A model generated the notes under the pieces. The model saw only the letters and a program-made list of their open reading frames with translations, was not told where the DNA came from and did not search any database. Of a DNA stretch of 64,000 nucleotides, positions 42,042-50,994 are shown piece after piece. A program made the translations under genes and the position numbers. The first letter of the stretch is position 1, and each line of letters starts with the position of its first letter. Location: contig CAWIYH010000002.1 of assembly GCA_963840225.1 (NCBI GenBank), forward strand, positions 839,934 through 903,933, given 5' to 3'. The DNA comes from an uncultured Acidobacteriota bacterium (GTDB lineage: Bacteria; Acidobacteriota; Vicinamibacteria; Vicinamibacterales; CAVVIG01).

Positions 42042-42752
42042 TCACTCGACGTGCACGATGCGGTCGGCGACCTTCGGGAATCGCGCGAAGACGGCCGGGT
42101 CGTTCTCGACGAGCACGTCCGGCGTTTCCGCCATCACGTCGCGGCGGTCGCCAGCCAGGACGAACCGGCTCGTGTGCGACTGGACGACCAGGTACTGGCA
42201 GCGGCAGTCGTCGCCGCGGCCGACGTGGAACTCGATCCCTGAAATCGAGACGTCGTCGTCGCCGCGGACGAGCGTCATGAGCCCGGCTATGTTGCGGCGG
42301 ATCAGCCCCAGCAGGTCTTCGGGGTCGAGGCCGCGATGCAGGCTGGGTTCGGCCCACGCCTCGCCGGCTGCATAGTCGAAGGACGACTGCTGGATCCAGA
42401 CGCGGGCCGCAGGAAACAGGTCGATGCCCCCGGCTTCGCGCGACGTCATGCGCGTGAGGAATACATCGGTCACGTCCGCGGGCTCGAGTCCCAGTGGACC
42501 GACGGCTTCCGCCGGCGACATCGCGTCGCGGGCGCCGGCCCGCCGGAGGCGGGACGGACGGTGAACGCCGGTATCCACCAGCGCCACGCGGCCGTCCGCC
42601 CCCTTCAGGACCCAGAACGACGCCGGCCGTCCCTCGACCGTCGCGTACCGGACGGCATAGACGTCGTACTTGTCGGCTTCGGCCCGGAGCCCAAGGCTGG
42701 CAAGGGCCACCACGGCCGCGACGAGCAGCGCGAGAGCGAGCCGCGCCATCAC
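42042..42752 (-). CDS. secreted metallo-beta-lactamase-fold-like protein lacking the HxHxDH motif
   Basis: 236 aa (GTG at 42752 in a GTGA overlap, or ATG at 42749), with a signal peptide. VALVDTGV...DVFLTRMTSREAGGIDLFP aligns by eye to lactonase-type VILTHLHFDHAGG, but every metal ligand is replaced. Confidence 0.45.
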   Translation of the reverse strand: MMARLALALLVAAVVALASLGLRAEADKYDVYAVRYATVEGRPASFWVLKGADGRVALVDTGVHRPSRLRRAGARDAMSPAEAVGPLGLEPADVTDVFLTRMTSREAGGIDLFPAARVWIQQSSFDYAAGEAWAEPSLHRGLDPEDLLGLIRRNIAGLMTLVRGDDDVSISGIEFHVGRGDDCRCQYLVVQSHTSRFVLAGDRRDVMAETPDVLVENDPAVFARFPKVADRIVHVE

Positions 42753-44452
42753 CCGGTCCCGTCACGCAGCGCGCGGCGCAACACCTTGCCGACCAGCGTC
42801 CTGGGCAGGTCCGGTCTGAAGACGATGCGGACCGGGATCTTGTAGGGGGCGAGCTGCTCGCGGCAGTACGCCCGCAGCTCCTGCTCGGTCGCCGTGTGGC
42901 CGCCGCGCAGGACCACCCACGCGTGCACGACCTCGCCCTTCACCGGGTCGGGGATGCCGGCCACCCCCACCTCCGCAACCGCCGGATGCGTTGCGAGCGT
43001 CTCTTCCACCTCGCGCGGCCACACCTGGTAGCCGCTGGTCTTGATGAGGTCCTTCTTCCGGTCGACGATGAAGAGGTAGCCGTCCTCGTCGAGGTACCCG
43101 AGGTCGCCCGTGTGCAGCCACCGGCGCGTGCCGTCGGGCTCCACGTGATCGCGCAGGACGGACACGGTCTCGTCCGCGCGGTCCCAGAAGCCGATCATCA
43201 GCTGGGGAGCGGAGATGGCAATCTCGCCCACTTCGCCCGCGCCGAGCGCCTGCGAGCCGTCCTCGTTGTCGAAGATGCGCACGTGGACGTCCGGCAGCGG
43301 CATGCCGACCGAACCCATCTTGTTGACGCCACCGACCGGGTTGATGCAAAGCGCCATCATCGCTTCGGTGAGCGAGTAGCCTTCGACGAGCCGGCCGCCC
43401 GTCATCGACTCGAACCGCTGCTTGGTGTCGGCCATGAGCGCGGCGGCGCCGGAGAAGCAGATCTTGATCGACTTGAAGTCCGCCTTGCCGCTCCGCACGG
43501 CCGGGTGGTTCAGCAGCGCGATGAACAGGGTCGGCACCCCGGTGAAGAACGCCGGCTTGACGCGCCGGATCGTCGCGAGGAGGTCGTTCAGATCCCGCGG
43601 GTTCGGCACGATCGCGAGCGGATTCTGGGTCATGAAGGCCAGCGCCTGCACGCCGACGTTCGCGTACACGTGGAAGAGCGGCAGGGGCAGGCAGATCGTG
43701 TCGGTCAGGCGGCCGAGGACGGAGTTCGTCCACGCGACGATCTGCCGTCCTGTCATCGTGTACGACCCGTGCTGGCCGAGCGCGCCCTTGGGCGTGCCGG
43801 TGGTGCCTCCGCTCAGCAGCAGGACCGCCGGGTCGTCGATGGTGAGGGGCTCGCGCGCCGGCCGGCGGGCCCGGTTGACGAGCAGCAGGTGCGCGAAGTC
43901 GTGATCGCCCGGCGCCAGCGCCACGCGGTCCCCTTCGCGCCGCTCGCGGAGCAGGGTGAACAGCGCCTTGAGCAACGGGGGAAAGTGATCCTTGATGTTG
44001 GTCGCGATGACGCGGCGCAGCGGCGTCCGCGGCTGCACGTGCTTCACGCGCGCGTAGAACCGGGTCAGGGTGACGACCGTCTCGACGCCGTGATCGCGGA
44101 GCGGCTGCTCGATTTCGTGCTCGGTGTAGATCGGGTTGAGCGGCGCCACGATGGCCCCGAGCTTCCACGCGCCGAACTGGGCGATGAAGAACTGCGGGCA
44201 ATTGGGCAGGATGAGCGCCACGCGGTCGCCGCGCCGCACGCCCAGACTGGCGAACGCGGCCGCGCAGGCGTCGCTCAAACGCTCCAGGTCGCCGTAGGTG
44301 ATCGTCGCGCCCTTGAACAGGAGCGCAGGATGGCGCGGCCGCTCCCGCGCGCCGTCGCTCAGGTAGTCGAGCAGCGTACGGTCCGGATATGGACCGACGC
44401 TCGCCGGCACACCGGCGTCGTAATGCGCGAGCCACGGCGCGTCGACGGACAT
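42749..44452 (-). CDS. long-chain fatty acid-CoA ligase (AMP-binding superfamily)
   Basis: 567 aa. AMP-binding motif LLLSGGTTGTPKGA, plus YGLTE-like GYSLTEA, TGDLGYLDEDGYLFIVDRKKDLIK and the C-terminal GKVLRR. Confidence 0.9.
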   Translation of the reverse strand: MSVDAPWLAHYDAGVPASVGPYPDRTLLDYLSDGARERPRHPALLFKGATITYGDLERLSDACAAAFASLGVRRGDRVALILPNCPQFFIAQFGAWKLGAIVAPLNPIYTEHEIEQPLRDHGVETVVTLTRFYARVKHVQPRTPLRRVIATNIKDHFPPLLKALFTLLRERREGDRVALAPGDHDFAHLLLVNRARRPAREPLTIDDPAVLLLSGGTTGTPKGALGQHGSYTMTGRQIVAWTNSVLGRLTDTICLPLPLFHVYANVGVQALAFMTQNPLAIVPNPRDLNDLLATIRRVKPAFFTGVPTLFIALLNHPAVRSGKADFKSIKICFSGAAALMADTKQRFESMTGGRLVEGYSLTEAMMALCINPVGGVNKMGSVGMPLPDVHVRIFDNEDGSQALGAGEVGEIAISAPQLMIGFWDRADETVSVLRDHVEPDGTRRWLHTGDLGYLDEDGYLFIVDRKKDLIKTSGYQVWPREVEETLATHPAVAEVGVAGIPDPVKGEVVHAWVVLRGGHTATEQELRAYCREQLAPYKIPVRIVFRPDLPRTLVGKVLRRALRDGTG

Positions 44453-44486
44453 GCCGCGCCGATTATAGCTGACGGCCGACGCCCGC

Positions 44487-45449
44487 CTAGGGACGCCTGC
44501 CGGCCAGGAGCATGAGCAGCAGCGCCTTCTGCGCGTGCAGCCGGTTCTCGGCCTGGTCGAAGACGACCGACTGCGCCGACTCGAACACGTCGGCCGTCAC
44601 CTCTTCGCCGCGGTGCGCGGGAAGGCAGTGCATGAAGAGCGCGCCGGACCCGGCGGCGGCCATGAGGTCCGCGTTCACCTGGTACCGCGCGAACACGCGT
44701 CGGCGCACCTCGGCCTCGGCTTCCTGTCCCATCGACGTCCACGTGTCGGTATAGACGGCGTCGGCGTCCCGAACGGCGTGGAGCGGTTCGGCGACCAGGC
44801 GCAGCCGCGCGCCGTGGCGGGCGACGGCTTCGGCCTCGCGCACGACGGACTCCGGCAGCTCGTAGCCTTCGGGGCTCGCGACGTGGACGTGGACGCCGAC
44901 CATGGCGGCCGCGTGCGCCAGCGACGCGGCGACGTTGTTGCCGTCGCCGACGTACGCGATGGTGCGTCCGCGCAGCGGCCCGAGCCGCTCCTGCAGGGTG
45001 AGCAGGTCGGCGACCGCCTGGCACGGGTGCTCCTGGTCGGTGAGCGCGTTGACCACGTGCAGCCGTCCTGCGGCGGCCGCGAACTCCTCGAGCACCTGCT
45101 GCGAGAACGTGCGGATGATCACCGCGTCGACCCACCGCTCGAGGTTGCGCGCGACGTCGGCGACCGGCTCGCGCCGGCCCAGCGCCACGTCCGGCTGCAG
45201 GGCGACGACGTGGCCGCCGAGCTCGCGGATGGCGATCTCGAAGGTGGAGCGCGTGCGGAGCGACGGCTTGTCGAACAGCATCGCGACGTGCCGCCCGTCG
45301 AGCGCGTCGGCGGTCGGCGCGTGGCGGCCGAGCGCGCGCTCCGTCTTCACCTGCGCCGCGAGGGCGAGACAGCGCTCGAGGTCGGCGGCCTCGAAATCGA
45401 GGACCGACAGGAAATCCTTGCGGCGCGCGATGGTGGCTGATGGCGTCAT
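44487..45449 (-). CDS. argF: ornithine carbamoyltransferase
   Basis: ATG at 45449 (AGGTGA 5 nt upstream; an in-frame GTG at 45458 is also possible). FDKPSLRTRSTFE, HPCQAVADLLT, HCLPAHRGEEV. Confidence 0.9.
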   Translation of the reverse strand: MTPSATIARRKDFLSVLDFEAADLERCLALAAQVKTERALGRHAPTADALDGRHVAMLFDKPSLRTRSTFEIAIRELGGHVVALQPDVALGRREPVADVARNLERWVDAVIIRTFSQQVLEEFAAAAGRLHVVNALTDQEHPCQAVADLLTLQERLGPLRGRTIAYVGDGNNVAASLAHAAAMVGVHVHVASPEGYELPESVVREAEAVARHGARLRLVAEPLHAVRDADAVYTDTWTSMGQEAEAEVRRRVFARYQVNADLMAAAGSGALFMHCLPAHRGEEVTADVFESAQSVVFDQAENRLHAQKALLLMLLAGRRP

Positions 45450-45537
45450 CCCTCTCACCTGTCTCGGGGCGCGGCCCCGCGGCCTGCCGCCGCTCGCCGG
45501 TCCGGTTCGCGGCGTGAGATGCCGGCACGCTCCGGCA

Positions 45538-46740
45538 TCAGGTCCGGTAGTCAGCGTTGATCCGCACGTACTCGGCGCTCAAATCGCACGTCCAGACCGT
45601 GGACATCGAGCGCCCGGCGCCCAGGTGCACGCCGATGCTGACCTCGCGGCCTTTCAAGTGAGCGGCCGCCGCCGGCGCGTTCTCGTCGTGCGGCCGCCCG
45701 TCGCGGAAGAGCACGGTGTCGCCGATGGCGACGGCCGCCCGGCGCAGCTCGAACGCCACGCCGGCGCGTCCAGCCGCGGCCACCAGCCGGCCCCAGTTCG
45801 GATCGCCGCCGTGGACGGCGGTCTTGACGAGCGGAGAGTTGGCGATGGCCTTCGCCGCCCGCCGGGCGTCGGCGTTCGACGCCGCGCCGGTCACGGTCAC
45901 CGTCACCAGCTTGGTCGCCCCCTCGCCGCCGCGCACGATGCCGAGCGCCAGCTCGCGGCACACCGCCCGGAGCGCCCCCGCGAAGGTGGCGTAGCTCGCC
46001 TCGTCGATGGCGACGCCGCTGGCGCCGCTCGCCATCAGGAGCACGCAGTCGTTCGTCGAGCACTCGCCGTCGACGGTGATGGCGTTGAACGTGTCGTGCA
46101 CGACCTCGCGCAGCGCCCGATCGAGCAGCGCCGGCGGCAGCGACGCATCGGTGGTCACGAAGCCGAGCATCGTCGCCATCATCGGCTCGATCATCCCGGA
46201 GCCCTTGGCCATGCCGCCGACCGCGACGTCGATCCCGTCGACGGCCGCCCGCGCGAACGCCTCTTTCGGAAACGGATCGGTCGTCATGATCGCGTGTGCC
46301 GCCGCCGACCCGCCGTCGACGCCCAGCGAGCGCACGGCCTCGGGAATGGCGGCGCGAATCCGGTCGATGGGGAGCGCCACGCCAATGACGCCGGTCGAGG
46401 CGACCAACACGCGATCCGGCGTGCAGCCGAGCCGATCCGCCGTCGCCTCGGTCATCGTCCGGGCCGCCGCGATGCCGTCCTCTCCGGTGCACGCGTTGGC
46501 GCAGCCGCTGTTCACGATGACGCCGCTGACGAGCCCGCCGGACCGCGACAGGTGATCGCGCGAGACGACCACGGGCGCCGCCTGCGCCAGGTTCGTCGTG
46601 AAGACCGCCGCCGCCGTCGCCGGCGCCTCCGGCACGATGAGCGCGAGGTCGAGGCCGCCGTTGGCCTTGATGCCGGCGCTGATTCCCGAGGCGCGGAATC
46701 CGCGGGGGACGGTGACGCCACCCGTCGCCGTTGCGCTCAT
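45538..46740 (-). CDS. argJ: bifunctional glutamate N-acetyltransferase / amino-acid acetyltransferase
   Basis: 400 aa. PRGFRASGISAGIK, NSGCANACTG and the autoprocessing site MIEPMMATMLGFVTTDA. Confidence 0.9.
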   Translation of the reverse strand: MSATATGGVTVPRGFRASGISAGIKANGGLDLALIVPEAPATAAAVFTTNLAQAAPVVVSRDHLSRSGGLVSGVIVNSGCANACTGEDGIAAARTMTEATADRLGCTPDRVLVASTGVIGVALPIDRIRAAIPEAVRSLGVDGGSAAAHAIMTTDPFPKEAFARAAVDGIDVAVGGMAKGSGMIEPMMATMLGFVTTDASLPPALLDRALREVVHDTFNAITVDGECSTNDCVLLMASGASGVAIDEASYATFAGALRAVCRELALGIVRGGEGATKLVTVTVTGAASNADARRAAKAIANSPLVKTAVHGGDPNWGRLVAAAGRAGVAFELRRAAVAIGDTVLFRDGRPHDENAPAAAAHLKGREVSIGVHLGAGRSMSTVWTCDLSAEYVRINADYRT

Positions 46741-47264
46741 CGGGCGGCCGCGTGCGCCGCCGGCGCGTGAACGTCCGGTGCGCGCTCGCGCAGCTCCTCG
46801 AGCGGTAGCACCATCGCGTACTGGCCGCAGCGGCGGAAGAGCGGGCAGCGTACGCAGTCGGTGTGGACCTTCTCGGGCAGCCAGAGGTGCGGCACGATCG
46901 AGAAGCCCATGTGGATGAAATAGCCCGGCACGTGCGTGAACGCGCAGAGCGTGTCGAAGCCCTCACGCCGGGCGCGGCGCCGGAGCTCGGCGACCAGCTC
47001 CCGCCCGATGCCCGCCCCGCGCGCGCCGCGATTCACGGCGAGCGACCGGACCTCGGCCACCGTCGGACTGAGCGGTGCCAGCTCGGCGCAGCCGACGATC
47101 CGGCCGGCTCGCGTCGCCACGACGAAGCGCGGCGCATGGACGTCCAGCTCGCCCGGCGAGCGCGGGAGCAGACGGCCTTCGGTGAGGTTCGCTTCGATGA
47201 GCGCGTGCAGCTTCGGCGCATCCCCCGGATCGCCCGTACGGAGCGCAAGACGGGCTCGCGTCAT
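46737..47264 (-). CDS. GNAT N-acetyltransferase inside the arg operon (candidate short-form N-acetylglutamate synthase)
   Basis: Internal ATG at 47264 (ATGA overlap with the argD stop); its stop overlaps the argJ start (ATGA). 175 aa. Acetyl-CoA loop VNRGARGAGIGREL; C-terminal CVRCPLFRRC. Confidence 0.7.
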   Translation of the reverse strand: MTRARLALRTGDPGDAPKLHALIEANLTEGRLLPRSPGELDVHAPRFVVATRAGRIVGCAELAPLSPTVAEVRSLAVNRGARGAGIGRELVAELRRRARREGFDTLCAFTHVPGYFIHMGFSIVPHLWLPEKVHTDCVRCPLFRRCGQYAMVLPLEELRERAPDVHAPAAHAAAR

Positions 47265-48469
47265 GACTGTTTCTCCACCGCGGCGAGGGCCGCGTCCAGC
47301 CGGTCGAGTGCGATGTCGGCGTCCGCCTCGCCGAGGACCAGCGGCGGCAGCAGGCGAACGACCGTCTCCGACGTGCGATTGACGACGACTCCGCGCTCCA
47401 GTCCCGCCGTGACGACGGGCGCGGCGTCCCTGGACAGGTCGAGTCCCCACATGAGCCCGCGGCCGCGGACCTCCCTGACGATTGGATGAGCGGACGCCAT
47501 CGCGCGCAGCCGGTGCTCGACGTGCCGTCCGACGCGGTTCACCTGCTCGAGCAGGCCGCCCTCGATCAGCTCCTGCACCACCGTGAGGCCCGCCCGGCAG
47601 GCCAGCAGGTTTCCGCCGTAGGTCGTCCCGTGATCTCCGAACGCGATGGTGCGGGCCACGTCGTCGCTCACCAGGGCGGCGCCAATCGGCACGCCGCCGC
47701 CCAGCGCCTTGCCGACCGACACGAGGTGCGGCCGGAGCCCGAGCGACGCGAAATGGAACGGCTGGCCGGTGCGGCCGAGCCCGCACTGGACCTCGTCGGC
47801 GATGAGGAGCGCCCCGGTCGTCGCGGAGGCCTCGCCGAGCGCGCGCGCGAACTCCGGGGTCAGCGGACGCACCCCGCCTTCGCCCTGGATCGGCTCTGCC
47901 ACGATGGCGGCCGTGCGGGTCGACGCCGCCGCAAGGAGCGCGGCCGGATCGTTGACCGGGACGAAGCGCACCGTCGGCAGGAGCGGCCCGAACGGCGCGC
48001 GATAGTGCTCGTCCGACGTAATCGAGAGCGATCCGAACGTCCGCCCGTGAAACGACTCCTCGAGCGCGATGAACTCGGCGCGCGGCTCGCCGCGCGAGTA
48101 CCAGTAGCGACGTGCGAACTTGAGGCAGGCTTCGACCGCTTCGGTGCCGCTGTTGCAGAAGAACGCGCGCGGCAGGCCGGAGAGGCCCGCCAGGCGCTCG
48201 GCGAGCTGCCCCTGCAGCGGGTGATAGAAGAGGTTCGACGTGTGAATCAGCGTGGCCGCCTGGTCCGCGATCGCGCGGGCGAGCCGGGGGTGCGCGTGGC
48301 CGAGCGACGCGACGCCGATCCCGGACAACAGGTCCAGGTACTCGCGGCCGTCCGTGTCGAAGAGACGGACGCCGTCGCCGCGAACGAAAATCACGGGGTA
48401 CCGTCGATAGGTCTGCAGCACATGGCGCGCTTCGCGCGCCTGGATTTCCTCGCTCGTCGTCGTGGTCAT
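47261..48469 (-). CDS. argD: acetylornithine aminotransferase
   Basis: 402 aa. Class III aminotransferase: FFCNSGTEAVEA, LIADEVQCGLGRTG, and the PLP lysine region VSVGKALGGG. Confidence 0.9.
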   Translation of the reverse strand: MTTTTSEEIQAREARHVLQTYRRYPVIFVRGDGVRLFDTDGREYLDLLSGIGVASLGHAHPRLARAIADQAATLIHTSNLFYHPLQGQLAERLAGLSGLPRAFFCNSGTEAVEACLKFARRYWYSRGEPRAEFIALEESFHGRTFGSLSITSDEHYRAPFGPLLPTVRFVPVNDPAALLAAASTRTAAIVAEPIQGEGGVRPLTPEFARALGEASATTGALLIADEVQCGLGRTGQPFHFASLGLRPHLVSVGKALGGGVPIGAALVSDDVARTIAFGDHGTTYGGNLLACRAGLTVVQELIEGGLLEQVNRVGRHVEHRLRAMASAHPIVREVRGRGLMWGLDLSRDAAPVVTAGLERGVVVNRTSETVVRLLPPLVLGEADADIALDRLDAALAAVEKQS

Positions 48470-49320
48470 CGCGTCAGTTGGTGACTCATGGAAGGCAGGT
48501 CCTCGGGCCTGCGGTGAACCAGCGTCGCCGTCGCGGGCGCATTTCCCCAGGCCGCCGTCTCGAGCGCGATCGGATCGCGTCCGTCGACGATGACGACCTC
48601 CGGGACGCCCTCGGTCAGGGCGTGCGCGCAGGCAGTGAGCTTTGCGACCATGCCGGCCGTGGCGGTGCCCTCTTCGACCAGCCGCTCGATTCCCTCGAGG
48701 CTGGCGCCGGCGACCGTGCGGCCGTCGGGGCCGAGGACACCCGGTGTCGTTCCGGCGATGATCAGGCGGCGGGCCCCCAGCCGAGCCGCGAGATGGCCCG
48801 CGAAGGTGTCGGCGTTGACGTTGAGGAGGCAGCCGGACGGATGGATACCGACGCTGGCCACGACCGGCACATAGCCGGCATCCACGAGCGTCGCGAGCAG
48901 TCTCGAGTCGGACGTTCGGGAAGGCACGCCGACCTCGCCCAGGTCGACCGTGCGACCGTCTGTCGCGCGATGCGCGGGCGCCCGCTCGGCCAGCCCGCAG
49001 CCCGCGTCGGCGCCCGTGAGACCCACGGCCCGTACGCCGGCCGTGGTGAGCGCGGCGACGAATCGCGTGTTCACCGTTCCCGCAAGCACGCCGACGACCA
49101 CGTCGAGCGTCGCCGCATCGGTGATCCGGAGTCCGTCCACCTGCCGTTTCTCGAGGCCGGCCCGGCGGAGCGCCGCGTCGATCTCGCGGCCGCCTCCATG
49201 GACGACGACGGTCGGAGCCGCGGCCGCGATGGCCGCCACGGCCGAGACCACGGCCGGGAGCCGATCCCGATCTTCGAGCAGCTCGCCGCCGAGCTTCAGG
49301 ACGATTCTCGCGCCGCTCAC
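48466..49320 (-). CDS. argB: acetylglutamate kinase
   Basis: GTG at 49320 (GTGA overlap with the argC stop); 284 aa. IVLKLGGELL, VVVHGGG, NVNADTFAG. The upstream part of the 650-aa ORF is out-of-frame overlap with argC. Confidence 0.9.
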   Translation of the reverse strand: MSGARIVLKLGGELLEDRDRLPAVVSAVAAIAAAAPTVVVHGGGREIDAALRRAGLEKRQVDGLRITDAATLDVVVGVLAGTVNTRFVAALTTAGVRAVGLTGADAGCGLAERAPAHRATDGRTVDLGEVGVPSRTSDSRLLATLVDAGYVPVVASVGIHPSGCLLNVNADTFAGHLAARLGARRLIIAGTTPGVLGPDGRTVAGASLEGIERLVEEGTATAGMVAKLTACAHALTEGVPEVVIVDGRDPIALETAAWGNAPATATLVHRRPEDLPSMSHQLTR

Positions 49321-50378
49321 AGGAGACCGGTCTCCTCGGAGAGCCCGAGCATCAGGTTCATGTTCTGCACGGCCTGCCCGGCCGCGCCCTTGAGCAGGTT
49401 GTCGATGACCGAGACGAGCACGGCCCGACCGGCCCCGTCGACCCGCCAGCCGATGTCGCAGAAATTCGTGTGCGCGACATGCTTGACTTCCGGCAGGGAG
49501 GCGCCCGTCAGGCGCACGAACGGCGCGTCGGCGTACGCGCGCGCGTAAACGGCCGCGAGCGTGTCGGCGGTGTGCCCCGGCGCCAGCCGCGCGTAGATCG
49601 TCGCGAGGATGCCGCGATCGATCGGGACCAGATGGGGCACGAAGGTGAGCTCGTGGCGGTCGGACGTTCCGGTGCCGGCGAGGCCCTGCGCGATTTCGGC
49701 GGCGTGCCGATGGTCGAAGACGCCGTAGGCCGACACGCTGCCGTGGCACTCGGAAAAATGCGTGCGCTCCGACGGCGCCTTGCCGGCGCCCGACACGCCC
49801 GACTTGGCGTCGACGACGATGTCCGAGGCGGGCGCGAGGAGGCCGGCGTCGGCGAGCGGCGCCAGCGCGAGCAGGGCGGCCGTCGGGTAGCAGCCCGGGT
49901 TGGCGATCGCGCGCGCACCCGCGATTGCCGCGCGCCGCCGCTCGCTCAGCCCGTAGACGACGCCGTCGGGCACGCGGGCGGTCTCGGGGTACCAGCGCGC
50001 GCGCGCGGCGGCGTCGGCCAGCCGGAACGCGCCGGACAGATCGACGACGCGGACGCCGGCGTCGACGAGCGACGGGGCAAGGCCGGCGGCGGCGCGGTCG
50101 GGCAGCGCGAGAAAGACGAGGTCGGCGTCGCGCGCCAGTGCCTCCGCGTCGAGCGGGCCGACCGCGCCGCTCCAGATCCGCGCCAGCGCCGGGAGCCGCC
50201 GGCTCGAGGCGCCCTCGCTCGACGCCATGGCCGCGGTCAATGTCACCGCGGGATGGCGGGCGAGGAGGCGCACGAGCTCCTGGCCGGCGTAGCCGGTGGC
50301 GCCGGCGACGGCGACGCGGAGGACGGCGGCGTCGGCGGTCTGGTCGGGCACGATCCGGTCGCGCAGATCGGTATGCAT
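49317..50378 (-). CDS. argC: N-acetyl-gamma-glutamyl-phosphate reductase
   Basis: 353 aa. VAGATGYAGQELVRLL and the catalytic Cys in NPGCYPTA. Confidence 0.9.
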   Translation of the reverse strand: MHTDLRDRIVPDQTADAAVLRVAVAGATGYAGQELVRLLARHPAVTLTAAMASSEGASSRRLPALARIWSGAVGPLDAEALARDADLVFLALPDRAAAGLAPSLVDAGVRVVDLSGAFRLADAAARARWYPETARVPDGVVYGLSERRRAAIAGARAIANPGCYPTAALLALAPLADAGLLAPASDIVVDAKSGVSGAGKAPSERTHFSECHGSVSAYGVFDHRHAAEIAQGLAGTGTSDRHELTFVPHLVPIDRGILATIYARLAPGHTADTLAAVYARAYADAPFVRLTGASLPEVKHVAHTNFCDIGWRVDGAGRAVLVSVIDNLLKGAAGQAVQNMNLMLGLSEETGLL

Positions 50379-50426
50379 CGGAAAGAATACTTATACACGC
50401 CGTTCCGCGAGGGATCAACGGAAATC

Positions 50427-50444
50427 GATGAATAAAAATTCATC
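50427..50444. promoter_or_regulatory. ARG box (ArgR operator) in the divergent argC/argR promoter region
   Basis: gATGAATAAAAATTCATc contains a perfect 16-bp palindrome (50428-50443). It matches the ARG-box consensus TNTGAATWWWWATTCANW and the Bacillus AhrC-type CATGAATAAAAATTCA. It is the most A/T-rich spot of the region, about 50 nt from the argC ATG and 57 nt from the argR ATG. Confidence 0.65.
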
Positions 50445-50500
50445 ACGGCCGCGGATTCGTGTATCCTGTGGTGCCGGGCCGGCGTGCCGCGCCGGCGTCC

Positions 50501-50953
50501 ATGAAAACGCGCCGCCAAGCCGTCATTCTCGAGCTCGTCGACAGCGAGCCGCTCCACAGCCAGGAGCAGCTGTGCCGCCGCCTGCGCCAGCGGGGATTCG
50601 AAGCCACGCAGGCGACGATCTCGCGCGACGTCAAGGAGCTGGGGCTCGTCAAGCGCGCCGCCGACGGGGCGTACCGCCGGCAGGCCGTGGACGCGCCGAA
50701 CCCCGAGACGGCGCTGACCGCGCTCGAGCGCGCGGCCGCCGAGTTTCTCGGGCGCGTCGAGCGCGTGGATCAGCTCGTCGTCATCCGGACCGGCGTCGGC
50801 CAGGCGCAGCCGCTCGCGCTGGCGATCGACCGCGCGCAGCTCGAGGGCGCGGTCGGGACCATCGCCGGCGACGACACGATTCTGGTGATCACGCGCGACG
50901 CGCGGCGCGCGGCGGCGCTCGCCAGGCGTCTGGAGGAATACGCGGGACAGTAA
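50501..50953 (+). CDS. argR: arginine repressor
   Basis: ATG at 50501 chosen (the ORF opens at GTG 50459); 150 aa. Winged-helix SQEQLCRRLRQRGFEATQATISRDVKELGLVK and C-terminal oligomerisation/arginine-binding GTIAGDDTILVI. Confidence 0.85.
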   Translation: MKTRRQAVILELVDSEPLHSQEQLCRRLRQRGFEATQATISRDVKELGLVKRAADGAYRRQAVDAPNPETALTALERAAAEFLGRVERVDQLVVIRTGVGQAQPLALAIDRAQLEGAVGTIAGDDTILVITRDARRAAALARRLEEYAGQ

Positions 50954-50994
50954 AAGGGGCTCACGGCTGAGGGTTCAGGGTTCAGGAGCGTGCG

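Noticed and set aside
45518-45539. 8-bp GC-rich hairpin (GATGCCGG-N6-CCGGCATC) overlapping the argJ stop, a possible terminator or attenuator before argF.
   Set aside because: There is no U-tract on the transcribed (minus) strand, and such GC palindromes are frequent by chance at this base composition.
38636-46770. Long alternative-frame ORFs: 38636-40333 (-), 39331-40476 (+), 42494-44515 (+), 42762-44435 (-), 44359-45528 (-), 44902-46770 (+), 45551-46966 (-).
   Set aside because: All overlap well-supported genes (M28 peptidase, acyl-CoA ligase, argF, argJ) in another frame or strand, and read as Arg/Pro/Gly-rich noise.
50971-50986. Tandem GGGTTCA GGGTTCA just upstream of argG.
   Set aside because: Only two short units, merging into the GGAG ribosome-binding site. 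This is most simply a chance duplication.
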